Below, piece by piece: positions 36,649-40,757 of a stretch of 40,757 nt of DNA; positions within the stretch are counted from its first letter, which is position 1; each line of letters starts with the position of its first letter. Both the position numbers and the translations under genes were made by a program. The stretch is from assembly GCA_000697335.1 (NCBI GenBank), contig JNEM01013958.1, positions 1 to 40,757 of the forward strand, read 5' to 3'. This DNA is from Conidiobolus incongruus B7586. Lineage: Eukaryota. A model generated the notes under the pieces. The model was not told the origin of the DNA. It saw only the letters and a program-made list of their open reading frames with translations, and did not search any database.

Positions 36649-39600
36649 ATGGGTTTTTTTACAAATTTGACTCGAAGGGATCGTTCTCGTAGCAACTTAA
36701 ATTTAACCGTAGAATTTCGTACACTATCCATAGTTACTGGGGATAAGAGTAAATCCAAGTCGAAAAGCAAGTATGATAAGGATTACACTCAGGTGGATTA
36801 TCATCAACTTAGCGTCGACGAAGTTAAGACCAGGTTTAATACGGATTTGACGCATGGTTTAACTCACAATTATGCCGACACTATTTTACAAAAATCTGGT
36901 AAAAATATCATTTCTCCACCTCCTTCCAACCGTTTTAGTAAGTTTATCGAGTATACCTTCGGAGGTTTTGGTGTACTGCTATGGATTTCTGCTATTATTT
37001 CTTTCCTTGCTTATGAACCTCTCGGTGGTGAAAACAAGGACCCCACCAACATTGGTTTGGGTGTATTATTGTTGATTGTCATTTTGATTCAAATTGGCTT
37101 CAATGCTTACCAGGACTATTGCTCCAGCAAGATTATGGACAGCATCAAGGGAATGTTGCCAGCCACCGCCATTGTCGTCCGAGACGGCACCAGTAAGGTG
37201 ATTCCAGCTTCAGAGCTAGTGATAGGTGATCTCGTTCAAATTAAGTATGGTAACAAAATTCCAGCTGATTTGAGAATTGTTCAGAGTTCGGATTTGAAAT
37301 TGGATAAATCCATTTTATCAGGCGAATCGGAACCAGTAAAATGTACCGTTGATTCCTCGACTGATAACTATCTTGAGAGTAATAATATTGCCCTCATGGG
37401 TACTCTCGCTACCAATGGCCAAGGTATGGGCGTTGTCGTCCAAACTGGTGATTCAACTGTTATGGGTACGCTTACTAAATTGTCCTCTCAGACCAAGTTT
37501 TCCAAAACTCTGTTGCAACAGGAGATTGACCGATTTGTCCTCATTATTGCTTCCATTTCCATCACATCTTCCGCATTAGTATTATTAATCTGGGGTGTTT
37601 GGTTGAAAAAATCATATCCTACATTCTTGAGTCTTTCCGGAATTTTAATTAACGTAATTGCTGTTCTCGTTGCTTTTACTCCAGCAGGTCTTCCAGTTGC
37701 TGTTACTTTGACATTAACTTTAATCGCCAGACGAATGGCTGCTAACAAGGTATTAGTGAAGAATCTTAATACTGTAGAAACTCTAGGCTCTGTGGATGTA
37801 CTTGCTTCGGATAAAACAGGTACTTTGACCCAGAATAAGATGACCGTTGTCAATACTATTATCGACCGTCATTACTCCACCAACGAATGGGATAACCTCT
37901 ATAATAAGCAGGATCCCAGATTTCTTCAATTAGTTGCCATTTCTTCACTCTGCAATGGTGCTCAATTCGAGTCCAATGATTTAGGTTTACCTATTGATGA
38001 ACGCAGAGTCAATGGAGATGCTACAGATACTGGTATTTTAAGGTTTTCAGAAAGTTTCAAGCCCCACCAGAATCAGTTAGAAGAATTCACCAAATTGGAC
38101 GAAATCCCCTTTAACTCCAAGAACAAGTGGATGCTCAGCATTTACAAACCCCAAACCGACTCTAACGTTTTCAAGTCTCAAGATCGTATCTTAATGATCA
38201 AGGGAGCTCCCGATATATTGTTGCCAAAATGTAACTATATGTTAGATTCCGAAGGTAAAGAAGTCGCTTTGACTGAAGATATGCGTAATTCCATTATCAA
38301 CGAACAAATGATTGCTAGTAGTCAAGGACAGCGTGTGATTTTGTTGGCTAGAGCTTTCTTAGATGACGATAAGCATGCAGATGCTGGCACGGAAGGCTTT
38401 TTGGATACTGTCCATAATCTTTGTGTAGTTGGTCAAGTGGGTATTATTGATCCTCCTCGTGAAGGTATTGTAGATGTCATTAACAGATTCAAACGTGCTG
38501 GTATTAGAACTATTATGGTCACTGGTGATTTTGCCTTAACAGCAGCGGCCATTGCCAGACAGATTGGTATCTTAACAGCTCACTCCCACGATAATATTGC
38601 CAAAATGAGATCCATTTCAGAATCTGAAATTCAAATTTGTATCCACTCTGAAAAAGATATCAACTATTCCACCCGCGCCCTCATTCTTACTGGATCAGAA
38701 TTAAACGAATTAACCACTTTGGATTGGGATAAAGTCTGCAGATATCCAGAAATTGTATTCGCTAGAACAACTCCTGAGCAAAAATTGAAGATTGTACAGG
38801 AATTCCAGAGCAGAGATCATATTGTCGGTGTAACTGGTGATGGTGTCAATGACTCTCCAGCCTTGAAGAATGCTAATGTTGGTGTCGCTATGGGAGGAGG
38901 TTCTCAAGTAGCTATTGAAGCTGCTCACATGGTTTTATTAGATAATAACTTTGCCTCTATTCTAGTCGCTATAGAAAACGGAAGATTAGTATTTGATAAC
39001 TTGAAGAAAGTTATTTTGTACTTATTGCCAGCTGGTAGTTTCTCAGAAATGATACCAATTTTGGTGAATGTTATCCTTGGTTCTCCTATTCCCCTCAGTC
39101 CTTTCTTTATGATTATTATCTGTGTCTTAACTGATATTTTAAGTTCGATGGCTATTATGTGCGAGAAGCCCGAATCAGATCTATTGTTAAGAGCTCCAAG
39201 AAGACCTAAGAAGGATAGATTGACCAATCGCAATCTTTTGATCCAAGCTTATGCATTCTTGGGTATTCAGGAAACTATGTACGCTCATATCACCTACTTT
39301 ACCTACATGCGACTAGCTGCTGGTTTAAGTCCATTTCAAGTGCTCTTAACTTACAGCAGCTGGATCGATGGCTATTTGGGCAAGACTCAAGAACAACTCA
39401 ACGAATACGCATTCACTGGCCAATCCATCTTCTTTGTCAGTTTAGTCGTCATGCAAGCCATGGGTAATCTCTTCTCATCCAGAGTGCGCAAAATCTCGAC
39501 CTTTAAGCACAATCCCTTCTATGGTCCTGGCCGCAATCCATACCTTTTAGCCGCCATCGTCTCCTCACTCAGTATTGCATTGATCATCATCTACGTACCC

Positions 39601-39753
39601 TTCTTCAATCATGTATTCAACACACGCCCCATCCAAGTCCAATACTGGTTCATCCCCCTCGGCTTTGCAATGGTTATACTCTTAACCGAAGAAACGCGCA
39701 AATTCTTAGTACGTAAATATCCTAAGAGTATATTAGCCAAATTAGCCTGGTAA
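36649..39753 (+). CDS. P-type ATPase, Na+/K+-ATPase-like (P2C / fungal ACU-type) cation pump, paralog 2, intronless
   Basis: 1034-aa ORF with AAA-ATG start. Motifs IPADLR, DKSILSGES, DKTGTLT, EIPFNSKNKW, KGAPD, DPPR, MVTGD, VTGDGVNDSPAL, GRLVFDNLKK, YLLPAGSFSE. Colinear with paralog 1. Confidence 0.96.
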   Translation: MGFFTNLTRRDRSRSNLNLTVEFRTLSIVTGDKSKSKSKSKYDKDYTQVDYHQLSVDEVKTRFNTDLTHGLTHNYADTILQKSGKNIISPPPSNRFSKFIEYTFGGFGVLLWISAIISFLAYEPLGGENKDPTNIGLGVLLLIVILIQIGFNAYQDYCSSKIMDSIKGMLPATAIVVRDGTSKVIPASELVIGDLVQIKYGNKIPADLRIVQSSDLKLDKSILSGESEPVKCTVDSSTDNYLESNNIALMGTLATNGQGMGVVVQTGDSTVMGTLTKLSSQTKFSKTLLQQEIDRFVLIIASISITSSALVLLIWGVWLKKSYPTFLSLSGILINVIAVLVAFTPAGLPVAVTLTLTLIARRMAANKVLVKNLNTVETLGSVDVLASDKTGTLTQNKMTVVNTIIDRHYSTNEWDNLYNKQDPRFLQLVAISSLCNGAQFESNDLGLPIDERRVNGDATDTGILRFSESFKPHQNQLEEFTKLDEIPFNSKNKWMLSIYKPQTDSNVFKSQDRILMIKGAPDILLPKCNYMLDSEGKEVALTEDMRNSIINEQMIASSQGQRVILLARAFLDDDKHADAGTEGFLDTVHNLCVVGQVGIIDPPREGIVDVINRFKRAGIRTIMVTGDFALTAAAIARQIGILTAHSHDNIAKMRSISESEIQICIHSEKDINYSTRALILTGSELNELTTLDWDKVCRYPEIVFARTTPEQKLKIVQEFQSRDHIVGVTGDGVNDSPALKNANVGVAMGGGSQVAIEAAHMVLLDNNFASILVAIENGRLVFDNLKKVILYLLPAGSFSEMIPILVNVILGSPIPLSPFFMIIICVLTDILSSMAIMCEKPESDLLLRAPRRPKKDRLTNRNLLIQAYAFLGIQETMYAHITYFTYMRLAAGLSPFQVLLTYSSWIDGYLGKTQEQLNEYAFTGQSIFFVSLVVMQAMGNLFSSRVRKISTFKHNPFYGPGRNPYLLAAIVSSLSIALIIIYVPFFNHVFNTRPIQVQYWFIPLGFAMVILLTEETRKFLVRKYPKSILAKLAW

Positions 39754-40757
39754 ATTATAGAATTCTCATAAAACAAAATCAAAGTTTTTTTCAAAAAAAA
39801 TAATTTATTCTAATGATACAAATTGGAATAGATTTTTATCCTCACTTCTCTTTACTCTTAAAATTAATATTAATTTTTTAATAAATTATTATTACAAGAT
39901 TTTTTGATTAACACTTCATTTCTTTCTTAAATATGTATTCAATTTCAAAATAAATCATATTTTTCTATAATATACTCTATCCTATTCATTTTTCCATTGG
40001 ATTCAGTTTAATTGAATTCGTTTTGAACTAAAATTACTCTTATATTCAATATATATATTAACAATAAAATATTAATATAAAAGAATAAATCTAATAATAA
40101 TGTATGATTTTTTGACACTGTTAAATATTAAAATTTATTATTATTATTATTATTATTAGTTTTTAATATTTTAAATTATAAATCGCTCAAAATAATAATT
40201 TTCTTATAATACTTAGGATAGAACTATTTAAGTATATAATAAAAGGTAAAATAAAACTAATAATTACCAGTTATTACTCTTGTCAGGTTGTTATTATTAA
40301 AAGCATTAATTAAAATTTTCTTATAGGGAGGGGGGGGAAAATAATTATAAAGCCTAAAAAATCTAATAATAATAATAAACATAAAAATAATACTTTAAAA
40401 TATTTAAATTTATATAAATAAAATAATAATCAAATTATATATTTAGTTTTAATATTATTATTTAATATTTATATTATATAATTAAATAGATTTTATCATA
40501 AGATAAAGTTAAAAATTTATAATTAATTGTATAATAAAATAAATTGATTTATTCAATTTTTTTTTCAATTACATTTCTTTTATTAACCCACGCTATATTC
40601 ATTTTCTAGATAAGGTTGACTTGTGTATTAACAAATAATATAAATTACATATTTATTATAAGGCCATAGAATTATATAATAATCAAATTTTTATTCTTGA
40701 ATAAATTTATTATAATTTTAATTTAGTGAATTTGAATGATTAATATTTAATAATTAA

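Noticed and set aside
25038..39794. Short antisense and alternate-frame ORFs inside both ATPases, some at equivalent positions
   Set aside because: Shadow ORFs of conserved, more GC-rich coding sequence. Their similarity to each other follows from the paralogy.
1..40757. CRISPR arrays, rRNA or prokaryotic operon-type systems
   Set aside because: No regularly spaced repeat-spacer array or rRNA-like segment was seen, and the gene structures are spliceosomal.

Overview
Very AT-rich eukaryotic DNA with short (about 50-60 nt) spliceosomal introns. Gene content (fungal-type synaptojanin, fungal P2C/ACU-like pumps, a CC2D1/Lgd homologue) suggests an early-diverging fungus; this taxonomic call is inference. 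Intact-looking genes: ALE1-like MBOAT acyltransferase, UBX5/UBXN7-like protein, SERF/4F5, a secreted low-complexity protein, tRNA-Tyr(GTA) with intron, and two intronless ~1030-aa Na+/K+-ATPase-like (P2C/ACU-type) paralogs. Damaged elements: a CC2D1/Lgd-like pseudogene (5 in-frame stops), a ~25-exon synaptojanin-like gene with altered catalytic motifs and non-canonical splice donors, a degenerate initiator tRNA-Met, and three mariner relics eroded mostly by G:C->A:T changes. Most notable: both P-type ATPases keep their catalytic core but lack the normally invariant ion-binding Glu of the M4 PEGL motif (PVGL and PAGL). Exon structures were spliced by hand and have not been checked against transcripts.
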